A stretch of 61,904 nt of DNA, the filler included, from Aduncisulcus paluster (Eukaryota): NCBI GenBank assembly GCA_024181965.1. It is 5 parts of 5 records of this genome, joined end to end, with 100 filler letters (N's around TTAATTAATTAA, not from the genome) between each part and the next. Parts side by side here need not be neighbours in the genome. Positions count along the whole stretch, not along the records: positions 18,401 to 35,116 come from BQXS01012742.1; 4 more parts are not named here. One strand, written 5' to 3'. The notes beneath the pieces are model-generated. The model worked only from the letters and a program-made list of their open reading frames with translations, searched no databases and was not told the origin of the DNA. Of this stretch, positions 24,201 to 34,450 are shown in pieces (position 1 is the first letter of the stretch; each line of letters starts with the position of its first letter). The position numbers and the translations under genes are program-made.

Positions 24201-24394
24201 AAACAATATCAACTCAAAGGAGATATGATGTGTCTGAGAGGAAAATACCCCGTTTTGGAAGGTTTTCAGAAGTTATCAAAGGTTCCCCCCAGCCCCGTGA
24301 CAGACGATCTGCCGCTCCTCCTCTTCACGCCACGCACGATAGTATTCTTACCGTGTCTGACCTGTCCATGAATGAATCAAGTGCCCCCCGGTAA
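21284..24394 (+). CDS. Sfi1-like centrin-binding repeat protein (~933 aa after removing gap duplication)
   Basis: Basic helical protein with many periodic L..[FL]..W[RK] repeats (LRAYLMKWI, RVFEQWRR, KRYFWAWR, KHCFLAWRRY). Confidence 0.75.
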   Translation: MYKRSVFAFGFLYPYPIPKSRDPKIAYKLGRFCRKRAQANARISLFALYDNYIQAKKIQLKFERVQLEKKQQELRIQQAVSKLQHVFFENDTQIKHRAFYHLKQNAEYHRSISLSYLTVQYKAENGILRAYLMKWISAKHNAELRQMSLENKLAHVMTRSFLFLMSRTLRAWVRRAKGRNGLRKLIFIGRSIILRPYMRVIAREARELADERKLLPIMEERLLSHSSPAAATARVLVCHIMGKSRLNVRVFEQWRRLLWIRRSQRHQADIFFSSLQFKLMRNVISIWRFMSDAAVVEKTVKKRNELMLLTSCLRIMREGSTIGLVRMGAAKKNYNLFIQHKIRRIFHTWIHAARIRMRKMSLWHGARDHYVGNLLRRYLLLWITKTRNQCIDKKMNQLARLQICYGIRKRYFWAWRGAAQLLKAERNAMVVMNMTRMLRILRNIIRIWKDSALVKHSHRAIAESIIFSRNSRTMSKVLNILWEKASILAETSHEIVHYHHENLRKKYLKLWHDDWVSVQYNRFLIIKHSFLKIKAACTLSLLKQRERTVSDHISARIMRNAFFSLCWKSKRISHVSNVCAHISDRIIAKSALSRWISKYRTVENVWRQYGKSMNELILKKHAWRMIRISQSACIVDRSHMLRILTHIIEQWRYQVRLGELQQTLFIASSVASLKRALIVWQSSCSARQDHRDLLEKQIISYSNTQLCFKVLSQWLKRTKTSLNDKIQNYKARVHYDQFLSKIGFKSLRMYNSVTKQMRKSARMNRMCSRFIAMHESMRNRREVSHAFHLWCSKIRTVVDRRREEELWKKSVKFHETQTKKHCFLAWRRYVAGXXXXXXXQFLSKIGFKSLRMYNSVTKQMRKSARMNRMCSRFIAMHESMRNRREVSHAFHLWCSKIRTVVDRRREEELWKKSVKFHETQTKKHCFLAWRRYVAGSFWRSSHHALLRTPSLVQKHTLPIPSVTQQVTDKVFAKTISTQRRYDVSERKIPRFGRFSEVIKGSPQPRDRRSAAPPLHATHDSILTVSDLSMNESSAPR
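23491..24088. repeat. Gap-flanking duplication 23491-23779 = 23800-24088 (assembly artefact)
   Basis: 289 bp repeated across the 20-N gap 23780-23799. Confidence 0.92.
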
Positions 24395-25042
24395 TCCTCC
24401 AACCATTCCAGCAGTTTATCATATGATATCTTAATATCCATGAGTTCGTCATTCCACAGATCAGTCTTAACACTTTATTAGAACACTGCACATCCTATCA
24501 TGATATGTATGTATGTATCTGTGTATATTCTATGTATTGTCCCACCCTTTCTTTTGAATATTGCTGGCAACAAGATATATCCCAGGATTGTTTGATAGAT
24601 CTATGTGTTGTGAATATATTATATTATATAATGCATCCAAACATCAAGATATCCAGATACAATGTCGGATATCAGTGACATCATCATTCCATTCTATTAT
24701 ACGAGTAAATCACACTCACTTCTTTGAGACACATTTATGCAGACATTCCATCACACACTCACTCACATCCCTCCATCCAACTTTCCTCCCTTTCTTCAGT
24801 TGCTTGTACACCATACTCGCGTCTCGCCCAATCTCCTTCTCCCACCCACCAGAGAAACAGTGCACGTTGAAGAACAAGGACGAAGCAATCACGTCGGAAG
24901 GAGGAATATACACCTTGGTCTTCGCATCACTGCTCTTTGCAGACACGAAGGGAGGGGACATGGGCGAAATAAACACGGGCAATAGAGAAGGCAATGATTA
25001 CTTGTCATAAAAAAGAAACATGAGAGAGAGTTACACTTATAA

Positions 25043-26965
25043 TTATTTCTTCGATCCTTTCATAAGGTCCAAGATGAATTTCAACATTCCTCTCCTCTTT
25101 GTAATCAATAAATGTTTCACGATGATAACTTGGATCTTACTCTGCAATTCTGTTGCTTCGATCTTATTCTGGAGGTCATTTTTCATCTCTACGTCAGCCA
25201 TAAGTTTTTGTACCTCGGCAGACATTCCTCTCCGTTCCTGTATTTTCCTCCTTGGCAACTTTTCAGCCCGAACAACCTCTAGATATTTGCTTACACGCAT
25301 CAATTTGTCGGGACACTCAACAATGTGGGGGGAAGCAGAAGCCAAAATCTTGACACAATACTTCCTAATCTTAATATTGTTCGTCATTCCAATACAATCA
25401 CATGCCACTTTAATAATAGAATGAATCTCACGGACAAAAGCATCTGGAGGGAGGATGTATACAAGTTTTGAGGTGATTAAGTGAAGAGAAGAGGCAGCAT
25501 TCCATTTAACCTTTACATTTCCTTTTGTACTCACGAGATAAGACTTCATATGTTTCAAAAAGGGTGTTATATGCAAAAGAGAACCTAACTGTTCAGGCAT
25601 TCTAACAATTTCAGTGCCTATTCCAGGTTCTTCACGATCTTTTGCCCCCTTCTCTCCTTCTTCTCCCTCTTTTTCGACGACAGGAAAGAGATCACATTGT
25701 TTCAGAAGGTATCCAATCGGCAAAGAAGCTCCAATAATCCTCAAGATAGGGATATGAAGCTTTACAGGAGGTTTCTGAGTGGTTCCAAATATGACAGAAT
25801 GAGCCAAGGATAAAAGGGGAAGGATAAGACGAGAAATGGAGTGAATGACAGGATTCTCACATAAAATAACCGCAAGAGGTTGGTCTGAAGAATGTTGAGA
25901 CTCCATAATGTCCTCTCCAGCTTTCCCCAACATCCAGATGATATCAGCAATCGTAGAGATAGCTTCGTTTCTCGTAGAAACATCACCGACTTCATAATGA
26001 AGAATACAGGTCTCTACGACTCTACACATGAAATCCATAAATATCTTGAGCGATTCAAAATCCATGTGTTCACGTTTGAATGGGATTCTAATACACAAGC
26101 AAGAAATAGCATGAATGGAAGAGCGAGTGAGGGAAGATTGTCCGGGTAATCGACTCTCAACATCTTTTGAAGCATATGACAGGCATAATTCACATAATGG
26201 GAACAAAGACTCCTCCTTATAAAAGATAGATAATGTGAAGGGAGTGAGATAAGACGTAGAATAACATAGTTGGGTGAGAGCCTCAAAGGACTCTGAGCAT
26301 CGTTCAAATAGAACTGACGCACACTGCGTCCACACTAAGGCTTGAGTACTATCTGAAGATTCTTGGAGGGATTTGATAAGTGTTTTAAACAATCTTGCTG
26401 CAGCTTCAAGAATTATTGGATTCGATGGCTGCCCGGATACGTGAGAAGACACTGCCTTGACGATCCTATGACCAATTTTGCTATAATCATATTTAATAGT
26501 CTTAAAGACTTCTTTTCCTCCATTTTCTATCAATGATATCAATAAATAGAGTTTTTCATTATTTTCTGTATGATGAGAAGATGGAGTTAGGCATAGGTCA
26601 ACCAAAAAATTCATGTTGGATGAGAGGAAAGAATTCGCATTCTTAAGACAAATTACCCTTTGAAATAGTTTAAGTGCCTTTGCTTTAAGATCATTTGACG
26701 TCAAAGCAAGTGAATCTGAATGTTTATCAAGTAAATCAAAATGTAGGCGATGGGTGAGAATAGGTTCCCATTTTTCGTCTAACTTATCAATAAATTGAAA
26801 TAAAGCATCTAAATATGAATAAAATTTGTATCTAAATAGTGCGTGACCCTCTTCTTTCATTGATAAAAGAAAATTTACATATCGAGAACACTTCCAGCTA
26901 TATGTATATTGAGAGGACTTTGGAGAAGGCAAAGAATCAATGAATGCTTCAATTTCCTTCAACAT
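25043..26965 (-). CDS. HEAT-repeat protein, HEATR6-like
   Basis: 640-aa helical ORF; GNVKVKWNAASSL and NNIKIRKYCVKIL resemble the HEATR6 motifs KVRWNAC and NFKVRI. Confidence 0.65.
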   Translation of the reverse strand: MLKEIEAFIDSLPSPKSSQYTYSWKCSRYVNFLLSMKEEGHALFRYKFYSYLDALFQFIDKLDEKWEPILTHRLHFDLLDKHSDSLALTSNDLKAKALKLFQRVICLKNANSFLSSNMNFLVDLCLTPSSHHTENNEKLYLLISLIENGGKEVFKTIKYDYSKIGHRIVKAVSSHVSGQPSNPIILEAAARLFKTLIKSLQESSDSTQALVWTQCASVLFERCSESFEALTQLCYSTSYLTPFTLSIFYKEESLFPLCELCLSYASKDVESRLPGQSSLTRSSIHAISCLCIRIPFKREHMDFESLKIFMDFMCRVVETCILHYEVGDVSTRNEAISTIADIIWMLGKAGEDIMESQHSSDQPLAVILCENPVIHSISRLILPLLSLAHSVIFGTTQKPPVKLHIPILRIIGASLPIGYLLKQCDLFPVVEKEGEEGEKGAKDREEPGIGTEIVRMPEQLGSLLHITPFLKHMKSYLVSTKGNVKVKWNAASSLHLITSKLVYILPPDAFVREIHSIIKVACDCIGMTNNIKIRKYCVKILASASPHIVECPDKLMRVSKYLEVVRAEKLPRRKIQERRGMSAEVQKLMADVEMKNDLQNKIEATELQSKIQVIIVKHLLITKRRGMLKFILDLMKGSKK

Positions 26966-27187
26966 TTTTTTACGAAACCAAAGAAAACGCGAGATATTTA
27001 GTAATTTGTATCTTACACTCGTATTTTAATTATAATGGATATTTGATGCATAAAATATGCATCTAATTCTTATTAAAATTCAATAATTGCAATGTATTAT
27101 TCCTCCATATTGATAATTCCTCACTTAATTGATTTTCAAAATTGATCGATCCAATCGAAATTCCAAGTTGGATTTTGTTCACAAAAC

Positions 27188-29017
27188 ATGATAACACCAT
27201 CCAAAATTCTTTCAATTGCCCCATATGGCTATTATATCTTTTCTGGAAATAGTGATAAGAGTATCAGAGGGTGGAATTGGCTCTCAGGAAAACAAGCAAA
27301 AAAATTTGTCGGATCCAAAGGCCCAGTTACTTCACTTCTTGTCGATAATGATCGCAAATTATTGTATTCTGCATCATGGGATGGAAAGATCAGATGCTGG
27401 TCTCTCACAACATTCTCAGAAAAATTTGTGTTCTCTCAAAAACACTCGGATTATGTCAAGACTATCATCTTTTCCCATGATAAACGTGTTATTATTTCAG
27501 CATCAAGTGATAGTACTGTTCGTATTTGGGATGCTTTGCGCGGAGAATGTGTTGCTGTATTGGAAGGACACAAAAGAGCTGTGGAGACATTAGAGTGGAT
27601 AATCCCAGGTAAGATTCTTGTTTCTGCTGGATCTGATGTTCGTTTGTGTATTTGGGACGTATCTAGTGCTGTTGATGCCATTATATCCTCTCCAGAAATC
27701 AAGGAGGAGTCTTCGGAAGAAAAAATCAGTTCATCTGTTCCAATTTCATCTTCTGAGAGGACAGAACCCTCTTCTTCCGTATCGATCCCTGTATCTTCTG
27801 ATGTCACATCCAAAGAATCTGAGGAAGTTTCTGGTGAGTCTGATGACTGCGACGGGGAGACTACAGTTGTTCCAGAACCCAAATATGACTTCTCTGATCC
27901 CATTTTGTTGCATACCATTGGTGTAGACAAGGAGAATGGTCTTGATTGTACATTGTATGCCGTTAGATATGTGAGTAAGGAGAGAATGACTCCGGGTAGT
28001 CGCGGGAAGACCATGTCCCCTCAGCCTGACATCTCTGTGGAAAGTGGAGGTGTGGCAGACATTGATGGTCTTTTGTTCTGTGGAGGGGCTGAAGGAGTCC
28101 TGCGGGTGTTCGAAGTCAAGAAGAACGATAGCGGAACGGCAAAGAAAGAAGAGAAGGAAGAAGGAGAGAAGGAAAAGGAAGAAGAGGAAAAAAAGGAAAA
28201 GGAGGGAGAAGAAGAAGGAGAGGAAGCAAAAGAAGTGGAGGAAGGGAAAGAAAAGGAAGAACCAAAAGTTATCCTTCCCCTTTCTGTGCGTCTTGTCTCC
28301 ATCCTCCCCATTGGAGAGTGGGTTAAAGATATCACATTAAGTGATGACGATCACCATGGATTATCTTGGAGGTCGCAAGACGAAGAGAGGAGACTGAAAG
28401 AACTCCATGAGGATATTGCAAGCGCTAAAGAGAGAGAAACTGAGGTTAAAACAGCTGAGGAATCCGATTTACCCAAAGAACATCCCGAATTATACGAATA
28501 TAATCATAATGTTCGTAAGTTCCGGCATTCTATTCATTCCGGCTATCCTGTTGCATTCTTGGCCTGTCGTGATCACAAAATCCGTCGTATCTTGCTCGAC
28601 CCTGCCCTTAAGTTCCCAATGCTTGAACCCCTTCCAGTTTCCCATGTTGATGAGGTTAAGTGTTCCCTACTGGGTGTGCACGTACCAATTGAAGAGAAGC
28701 TTGAGGAGCTTGCAGGTCAACCAGTCTCAAAGGTCCGTGACACTCTCACTGCAATGGAAAGGAAGGTCTATCTCATGACTGGCGGTCTTGATGGATATGT
28801 AAATAAGATAGAATTGCGTGAGGCTATGAAAGTGACTGAAAAGATTGTTGAAGAGAAAGAAACAGAGGATGAAACAATAATTGAAGATGGTAAAGAAGAT
28901 GACGAAGATGAGGATTCTGATGATCTTGAATCAATTCTTGATGGAGCCGAAAGGGAATTTGCTGCTGAATTAAAACGAGAATTATTATTGCGAAGGATGG
29001 GGGGTGGATATAAATAA
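27188..29017 (+). CDS. WD40-repeat protein with Ser-rich and Glu/Lys-rich insertions
   Basis: Clear WD repeats (SASWDGKIRCW, HSDYVKT..SASSDSTVRIWD, GHKRAVE..SAGSDVRLCIWD); acidic tail. Confidence 0.92.
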   Translation: MITPSKILSIAPYGYYIFSGNSDKSIRGWNWLSGKQAKKFVGSKGPVTSLLVDNDRKLLYSASWDGKIRCWSLTTFSEKFVFSQKHSDYVKTIIFSHDKRVIISASSDSTVRIWDALRGECVAVLEGHKRAVETLEWIIPGKILVSAGSDVRLCIWDVSSAVDAIISSPEIKEESSEEKISSSVPISSSERTEPSSSVSIPVSSDVTSKESEEVSGESDDCDGETTVVPEPKYDFSDPILLHTIGVDKENGLDCTLYAVRYVSKERMTPGSRGKTMSPQPDISVESGGVADIDGLLFCGGAEGVLRVFEVKKNDSGTAKKEEKEEGEKEKEEEEKKEKEGEEEGEEAKEVEEGKEKEEPKVILPLSVRLVSILPIGEWVKDITLSDDDHHGLSWRSQDEERRLKELHEDIASAKERETEVKTAEESDLPKEHPELYEYNHNVRKFRHSIHSGYPVAFLACRDHKIRRILLDPALKFPMLEPLPVSHVDEVKCSLLGVHVPIEEKLEELAGQPVSKVRDTLTAMERKVYLMTGGLDGYVNKIELREAMKVTEKIVEEKETEDETIIEDGKEDDEDEDSDDLESILDGAEREFAAELKRELLLRRMGGGYK

Positions 29018-29325
29018 TGATAAATTCATTGGATTTAGGATATAATCTTTCTTATTTATACCAATTTTGTTTTATTTATTTTGTAATTCCGATTTGAAAT
29101 ATTCTTTTCTTTTATTGGGCAAAATTAGTAAATTTATGTTCTTATCTATGCATAATATTTTATTAATATTCAATGTTATTTATCAAATCAATCTTAAAAA
29201 TTTACAATATGGCATAAAATGAGTTAAAGATTTCTTCCCATTTTTGATGAGCTTTTTTCCCGCATATCATCGGTCGGGGCGTCTTTATAAAAGAACAAAC
29301 AACAAACAACAATTTTTTCCTGCAT

Positions 29326-31785
29326 ATGATGTCAACCCGAACCACTATTCAATCTAGCTTGCTTCCTAATTCCGAAGAAAGTGAATCAGAGGTATCAGAG
29401 CCCCCCATCCCCCTGATATATGCTGAGAAATGTACGAAAGTTATCGATCAGGTTCGTCTTTTTGAATATACTCCGGTAAACGAATGTTTATGTGGATCAT
29501 TAAATGTGACTGAAATGTCTACCTGTTCCATTTGTTATACTCCCCTTTCTTCACTTCGAGTACCAATCAAATTAGGATGTGGACATATTTTCCATCAAAA
29601 ATGTCTTGAAGATTGGCGTAGATGCCAAAATGTTTGTCCTATTTGTCGAGCTCCTGTTGAACTCCGGTCTATGTTTAATCCCTTGCAGTGTAATGTGTTT
29701 GCAATCAGCCGTATGATTTATTCCCGTTTAAATCCATCCAAGGGAGATCCATTGGAAGAATCAGAGTTTATTCCACCATCTTTTATGATTCAAAAACAAT
29801 TTCATTCAGCTTCTGCTGAGTTTTCCATCAATTTAGTGTGGGTTAATGAATACCAAACTTTGTCTCTTCACAGTGATCATCCACCACCTTTATATGATTC
29901 TCTTCGACACCTTCCTTTCATTCAACGTATGGCTTCCCCATCTGATTCTCCAGCAGGTCATACATTCTTCTCATATCCCGGTGGTGGAAGATTGAGTGAT
30001 ATTCTGGCCTATCTCAGAGAAGAACAATGTATCGCCGACATCCATCGATCTGTAGGCGTGTGTATTGGAATGGTATTATGTAAGGCATGCTCAATTATCG
30101 AGTCTCTCCCACGTGAAGACCCTTCTTCTTCCTCTTCCCACCTTCCCAACCATCGAATCGTTCGAATTGATGCTGATGATATTTATGTGTCAGAAGAAGT
30201 ATGTCACTGGCTATGTGGATGTTACATCCTGCCTCCACATCTTATTGAAGCCATTAGGGATGGCTCTGACCAGAGAGGAATATTTGTCATGCCCAAAGTA
30301 GTCTCAGTATCAGGCCCAACCACAAGGGAATCCTCACACGTTGATTATATTGAATTATACAATAGTATTCTATCCATTTGCAAAAGTTTGAATGTTGATA
30401 CTTCTTCTATCACTGTTCCATCTTCCCCAACCAAACCCTCTGATCATACTGATGTGATGTCACCTCCCTTTACCCTTTCAAGAATCCTCTCGTTCTTCAC
30501 CTCACTCTTCCCTTCAACTCTTTCTCGGGGACATATTGAAACTGCTCTTGATAATCGCCTTGCTAGATTTCCTGATGAATCTACGATTGAAGAGGCTCAA
30601 AGAGCAGCTCCCACAACACAAACCAATAATGAGATGTATATGGAGCCAGGGATCACGGATGAGCATGCATTTTCTATCATGATGAAAGCCAATGGATACT
30701 TTCTTGGACCAAAAGAAAAACTTACTTTTTCAAATATGATTGGGCCTAGGCATCGTGTTTCGGATGCTGGGCCAACCCCCAAATTACATGCAGGCGATTC
30801 GTCTTTCGTTCAATTCCTCAAAAGGATGATATATTCGCCCTTTGTGAATGGATATGTTCACAGAACTGTCAAGGATACATTAATTGAATATATAATGTCC
30901 TCTTTTATTTTTATTCCGCTCGGTATTTTCTTCTTATCTTTAATATTAGGCGAGATCCACTTGAATCCACAATGGAATTATCCTCCAATTCATGGATATT
31001 CTTCCGATATTGTTGAGAAGTGTGTCAATAATCGTAAATGGCTCTGGATTTTGGGGCTCATTTTTTGTGCTATTGGTCTTTCTTCGACAATATATAAGAA
31101 ATATATCCACATCGACCAATGGCATTCTATTTTTCAAATTTTGATGTTTATATTCGATAAAGCTATTTGGATTATTGGACTTATCTTTGGATGGATGGGT
31201 TCTCTTGGAATGGCTTTCCTCAATTCTCAGAAAAATGGAAATATCTTCTTCTCATCATTCCTTGGACCAATTAGAATGGCTCTTCAGTGTATTCTCGATA
31301 TGATTGAAATAAGTTTGGTGGCTTTGTTTATCCATCTCAAGAAAAAGGATTCTTTCTCAATCCTTATGCCCTATGCCATTCATGTGGCTCTTGCCTACTT
31401 GAGTTACTCAATAATGTGGCATTTCCTTGTTCCTGCAATGTCCTCCCAGGATAATTGGGATGCTTGGTATTATTATTATGCATCCTTTTGTATTCACTGG
31501 TTCAGTCCTTTAATAGAGAGTTCATTCAATACACTTGCAAGATGGCAACGCGACCACACAGGACAAGTATTAGTTGAGTCGATGTCACACACATCAATCT
31601 TGTTCAATATGTCGGCTGTTTGTTATTATTATTTCGTTGGTCTGGACGCAATTGTTATTCTTTCACTCGGTCCTGCATTGGGTTCTGCAGTTTTGTTTTC
31701 CCCTTGTATTATCGCTTGGTTATGTAAAGCATCTGACACAGCAAGCACAATAGAAGCTGACCCATTTAGTGCATATCAAGTATAG
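29326..31785 (+). CDS. RING-H2 protein with C-terminal multi-pass membrane region (putative membrane E3 ligase)
   Basis: CSIC-x13-CGHIFH-x2-C-x10-CPIC; about 7-8 hydrophobic helices in the last ~300 aa. Confidence 0.85.
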   Translation: MMSTRTTIQSSLLPNSEESESEVSEPPIPLIYAEKCTKVIDQVRLFEYTPVNECLCGSLNVTEMSTCSICYTPLSSLRVPIKLGCGHIFHQKCLEDWRRCQNVCPICRAPVELRSMFNPLQCNVFAISRMIYSRLNPSKGDPLEESEFIPPSFMIQKQFHSASAEFSINLVWVNEYQTLSLHSDHPPPLYDSLRHLPFIQRMASPSDSPAGHTFFSYPGGGRLSDILAYLREEQCIADIHRSVGVCIGMVLCKACSIIESLPREDPSSSSSHLPNHRIVRIDADDIYVSEEVCHWLCGCYILPPHLIEAIRDGSDQRGIFVMPKVVSVSGPTTRESSHVDYIELYNSILSICKSLNVDTSSITVPSSPTKPSDHTDVMSPPFTLSRILSFFTSLFPSTLSRGHIETALDNRLARFPDESTIEEAQRAAPTTQTNNEMYMEPGITDEHAFSIMMKANGYFLGPKEKLTFSNMIGPRHRVSDAGPTPKLHAGDSSFVQFLKRMIYSPFVNGYVHRTVKDTLIEYIMSSFIFIPLGIFFLSLILGEIHLNPQWNYPPIHGYSSDIVEKCVNNRKWLWILGLIFCAIGLSSTIYKKYIHIDQWHSIFQILMFIFDKAIWIIGLIFGWMGSLGMAFLNSQKNGNIFFSSFLGPIRMALQCILDMIEISLVALFIHLKKKDSFSILMPYAIHVALAYLSYSIMWHFLVPAMSSQDNWDAWYYYYASFCIHWFSPLIESSFNTLARWQRDHTGQVLVESMSHTSILFNMSAVCYYYFVGLDAIVILSLGPALGSAVLFSPCIIAWLCKASDTASTIEADPFSAYQV

Positions 31786-32147
31786 AATTATCTCAATCAT
31801 TGAGATATGATATCTTTGCGAATAAACTTTCATGGGTGAGATTATAAATCCACCATAAAACTTTAATATTAGTTCATTTTTCAGGAGAACTTTTGAAAAG
31901 TTTCAAAAATCTTCCTGATCAACTTGATTTGAAATCATGATTTTGAAACCTTGTTTTGCCTCATTGAAGAAGGATCAAAACTCAAATAATATGTTTTTTG
32001 TTTTAACAATGATCCAATATTTTGAATAGTAATCGATTATTGCATAAATAATTTTGACATGACTTTGAGATCATCTCAAATCCCAATCAGTGCCTCCCGA
32101 AAAATATCCCTTTTTCTTTTCGTTCTCCCGATATTATTTATCATTTA

Positions 32148-32714
32148 ATGTTTTCTTTTGACTCCATTTCCAAGTGTAAAGAGCCGAGATTCGAAACGGA
32201 TGATTGCATGATCTCCCTTCCATGTCCTTCCATTCCCGTTCCAAAACCACTCAAAATTGATGATCATTTCCGAGAAAAAATCTTGAAGCATTTGGTTTAT
32301 TGTTCATATCAATGTGAATCCGACAAACTCCTTGATTCATTTCTCCAGTCTGTCACACATTCCATTAAGACATTAGAAACGATTAAGAGTGAAAAAACTG
32401 AATTTTTATTCAAAATATGTGCGGAACCTACCCCTTGCTTCCCCATAGCGTCCTCTGAAGTTGCAGATATTGCCTCTCATATAACCTCCAAAAAGAAAAC
32501 AAAACAAAAACGGAGGAAAAACTTTACAAAATACCAGAAAAACCTATTAAACAACTGGTATTATAACCATGAATTCCATCCATATCCCAGTACTGATGAC
32601 AAACAGAAATTGGCAAGGGAAACTGGTTTGACATACAATCAGGTTGATACATGGTTTGGAAATAATAGAAACCGCAGGAGAAAGAGAAAGCAAAAGAAAG
32701 GAATGCAAAAGTAA
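32148..32714 (+). CDS. TALE-class homeodomain transcription factor
   Basis: RRKNFTKYQKNLLNNWYYNHEFHPYPSTDDKQKLARETGLTYNQVDTWFGNNRNRRRK: HPYP loop with three-residue extension and WFxN-R helix 3. Confidence 0.93.
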   Translation: MFSFDSISKCKEPRFETDDCMISLPCPSIPVPKPLKIDDHFREKILKHLVYCSYQCESDKLLDSFLQSVTHSIKTLETIKSEKTEFLFKICAEPTPCFPIASSEVADIASHITSKKKTKQKRRKNFTKYQKNLLNNWYYNHEFHPYPSTDDKQKLARETGLTYNQVDTWFGNNRNRRRKRKQKKGMQK

Positions 32715-32905
32715 CCTGTCAAACACCTATATATCTGAGATATAATATGAATATGAATATCTTCGTTTAGACAAGTTTATGGAGCTTTTTTGCCATTTTT
32801 GAATTAAGTATTAATCTTAACAATAAATATTTTATTCCAATATCAATTATTATTTCAAATCCTGTCTTTTGTTTTGTTTTTCAAACTTTGCAGCAGTTGT
32901 GAACA

Positions 32906-34091
32906 ATGTCAAAGGCCAAAAAACAACAAATTTATTTAGATATCGCAAACTATGAAGAATTAGAAGAGAAAGTACTCTCCTTCCAGGGTTTGTCCAGTAT
33001 GTCTTTTTTTCTTTATCACTCTTCTTGTATTTTCAAAGATTCATCCTCATTTTATTATTGTTCGCGTTTTCTTTCTATTTATATGCTTTGATCCACATTA
33101 ATTTTTCGGAATTATTTCTCATTTGGTATTATTTGCAGTTCTTGAGCTATACACAGAGTGGTGTGAGCCTAATGCTGCTACTTCTCCATTATGCGAAAGA
33201 TTTGCCATTCAATATATGGGAAAATCCATCCAATTTCCAAGGTGTACTTCTGAAACTCTTCCCTGGGCCAGTTGTTATCACAGCCATTCTAAACCCATAT
33301 TCATGTTATTTATTTCTGGAAAAATTGTTGATATTATTGAAGGGATTGATACTCCAGTTTTGAACCTCAAAATTTCATACTATATGCGTCAAATTGAGGA
33401 TAACGTTCCAACGGTTGTTCCTTTCGATCCATCTGCTTTCTTCTCTGAGGGAAAACTTATTTTCGTCCAATCTGAGGAGACCATGCTTCCTCTTCCTTCC
33501 GAATCAGCCGATCAGCACTTGGAGAAGGAAGGCCCACAAATGGAAGAAGCAACTGCCGAAGAGTTGAACGGAGAAGAAGAGAAAGAAGAGGAAGAAGGGG
33601 AAGAAAAGAAGGAATTAGAAGTAGAGAAGGAAGAGGAACAAAAGGAGGAAGAGGAACAAAAGGAGGAACAGGAAGGAGAGAAACTGGAAGAAGGAGAAGT
33701 GAAGGTTGATGGAGAAGAGAAGAAGGAAGGGGAGGAAAAGAAAGAGGGAGAAGAACACAAAGAAGGAGAAGAGAAGAAGGAAGAAGAGGAGAAGGAGCAG
33801 AAGGGAGAGGAAGGAAAAGAGAAGGAAGTTGAAGAGAAGAAGGATGAGACCGAAGAGAAGATCCCTGAAGAGAAAAAGGCTCACGATGGAGAAGAACCAG
33901 AGGAAGAAGAATTAAAACTCAAAGAAGAGGCCCAAAAACAGGAAGAGGAGAAGAAGGTAGAAGAAGATGAGAAGAAAGACGTCAAACCTAGCGAGGTGAA
34001 GGAAGAAAAAGATGAGACCCAAAACAAAGATTCTTCTGAAAAGAAGCAAGGTGAAGAAGACGAAGATTTTGAATTCTCAGATCCAAAATAG
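32906..34091 (+). CDS. Thioredoxin-like protein of NME8/TXNDC3 / outer-arm dynein light-chain type with long Glu/Lys-rich tail, 2 exons
   Basis: Exon 1 32906-32996; intron 32997-33138 (GTATGT..CAG, 142 nt). Spliced GLSILELYTEWCEPN and KPIFMLFISGKIVDIIEGIDTPVL resemble NME8 GLTVIDVYQAWCGPC and EPVFLFSVNGKIIEKIQGANAPLV. Confidence 0.82.
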
Positions 34092-34450
34092 TTATAGAAA
34101 ACGCCAGTGTATTGTACTGACATCTTATGTAGTGTAGAAAGATAGTAAAATGAAAATATTAAATTTATGATGGGTGTATAACATTTTTGATATCATTATT
34201 AATTATGAACTTGAAAGATACTCCGAGATTTATTTTAGTCCGTGTATAGAGAAGAAAAAAATCCAATGGATGAGGTATTGTCAGATAATAGTGAACATTA
34301 ATTATGAATTGGTGGCTCTTTAATCTCAAGTGAAACTCAACTTGAATAGGGCCACTATTTCTTCTGCCAGCGGGTAGATTAGAGACCCTATCTGGAATAT
34401 TAACACAAATTTTATTTTAATTTACATTTTATATCATTTTTAAATTTAAT

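Noticed and set aside
24716..24994. 92-aa minus ORF as a second exon of the HEATR6-like gene
   Set aside because: Preceded by an in-frame TAA and no GTATG donor/AG pair gives a valid join; an independent small gene cannot be excluded.
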